Positions 63,101-64,000 of a stretch of DNA of 64,000 nucleotides are shown here, in pieces. The DNA comes from Geosiphon pyriformis uo1 (taxonomy: Eukaryota > Fungi > Glomeromycota), in the NCBI GenBank assembly GCA_016748015.1, contig JAAOMT010000295.1, positions 1,116,001 through 1,180,000 on the forward strand. The letters are read 5' to 3'. Position numbers and translations under genes: made by a program. The notes below the pieces were generated by a model that saw only the letters and a list, made by a program, of their open reading frames with translations, made no database searches and was not told the DNA's origin. Position 1 is the stretch's first letter, and each line of letters opens with the position of its first letter.

Positions 63101-64000
63101 ACTGTTATTAATCATAAAAAAAGCCATCAAAATAAATTTTATAATTAATAGTAGTAAAAAGTTAGAAAAAATTCTAAGTTATTTGTCAAGAATTAAAAAA
63201 AGTACTATAAATCTAAGTATTATGAATTTAGAGTTATTAGAAATAATTTTATTAAAAAAGCAATAGATAAACATATGAAAAACTTTTGTTTTAATAAAAG
63301 ACATATAATTAGAAATGTTTTGGAATAATTATTTTGGAAAATAATGCTCAATTATCTAATAGTAAATAATAATCTGGTTCTGAAATTTTGTGAAGTTAAG
63401 TTTATAATTAACAAGATTATGGAAGAATAAATAAGAAAATATGTAATATTCAATGCTTTGTTTAATTAATAGTCTAATTAATATGCTTCTTTAGATTATG
63501 TTAATAATAATATATTTTCAAAAATAATATATGATATCAAGTTTAATGAGTTTTTGTAGATAATTAAAAAACTGCTTAATGAAAAAGCTATTAATCTTTT
63601 TGGTATTTCTAATAAGTTCTAAAAACATAATGATATGTAAATTTTGGGTGATTTGTTGAATATTTTTAATTTATTTTTAGTGTTAGATATAGTTTGCAAA
63701 CAATAAAAGAAAGCCTAAGTTTTTATAATACCAAAACTATATAATTAAAAAGAAACTTTTATTAATATTAAGTCAATAGTTTTAATTAAAACAGTTCAAA
63801 AAATCTTGTTTAAGCTTTTTTTAAATAGGATTTTTTCAGTCTGTAATAGGTTTAACATCTTGTATAGTAATAATTTTTTAATTTTAAAAAGCACATTTAC
63901 TTAGACTCCAATTTTTGCTGTTGGTTCTGTAATTAAAAATACATTAAAAAAGGGCAGAAAAGTATAATTAGTTCTTTAAAATATGTATAAAATATACAAT
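60170..64000 (+). mobile_element. LINE-c: heavily eroded LINE related to LINE-b, runs off the right edge
   Basis: ORF1 relic (ILDIKL..KKIFYCINGFKK, 60683-61018); APE from ~62025 (LGGNFN ~62464, KIINFIF ~62600); RT approach NEKAINLFGISN ~63580, NIKSIVLIKT ~63765; 5' boundary approximate. Confidence 0.8.

Overview
AT-rich eukaryotic DNA, most likely a Glomeromycotina (arbuscular-mycorrhizal lineage) fungus. The repeat families resemble those I recall from Geosiphon pyriformis; this is an inference and was not checked. Layout: (1) 1-8870 is mostly intergenic, with microsatellites and an unidentifiable AT-rich relic. (2) ~8875-46000 is a 37-kb nest of six Ty3/Gypsy LTR insertions (labelled X, A, B, C, D, E) built on a ~1.2-kb LINE ORF1 relic, and it can be reassembled from 4-bp target-site duplications. 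(3) ~46045-52805 is a near full-length degenerate RNase H-bearing LINE. (4) 54113-58445 is a CpG-rich island with two intact convergent host genes, a GH17 beta-1,3-glucanase and an F-box/LRR protein. (5) ~60170-64000 is a heavily eroded LINE. The Gypsy elements have an unusual three-ORF plan: Gag-PR-Cys-rich domain-dUTPase-RT-RNase H ending in a conserved stop, then a free-standing integrase ORF, then a soluble ~210-245 aa ORF3 whose stop overlaps the polypurine tract. The best candidate for an undescribed system is that ORF3 type co-varies with three different helically spaced tandem motif arrays in LTR U3, and this ORF3+U3 block is discordant with integrase relatedness. That suggests a swappable regulator/binding-site cassette, although simple linkage is not excluded. 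All repeats are decayed by near-exclusive C>T/G>A transitions in both CpG and non-CpG contexts. All alignments and counts were done by eye.
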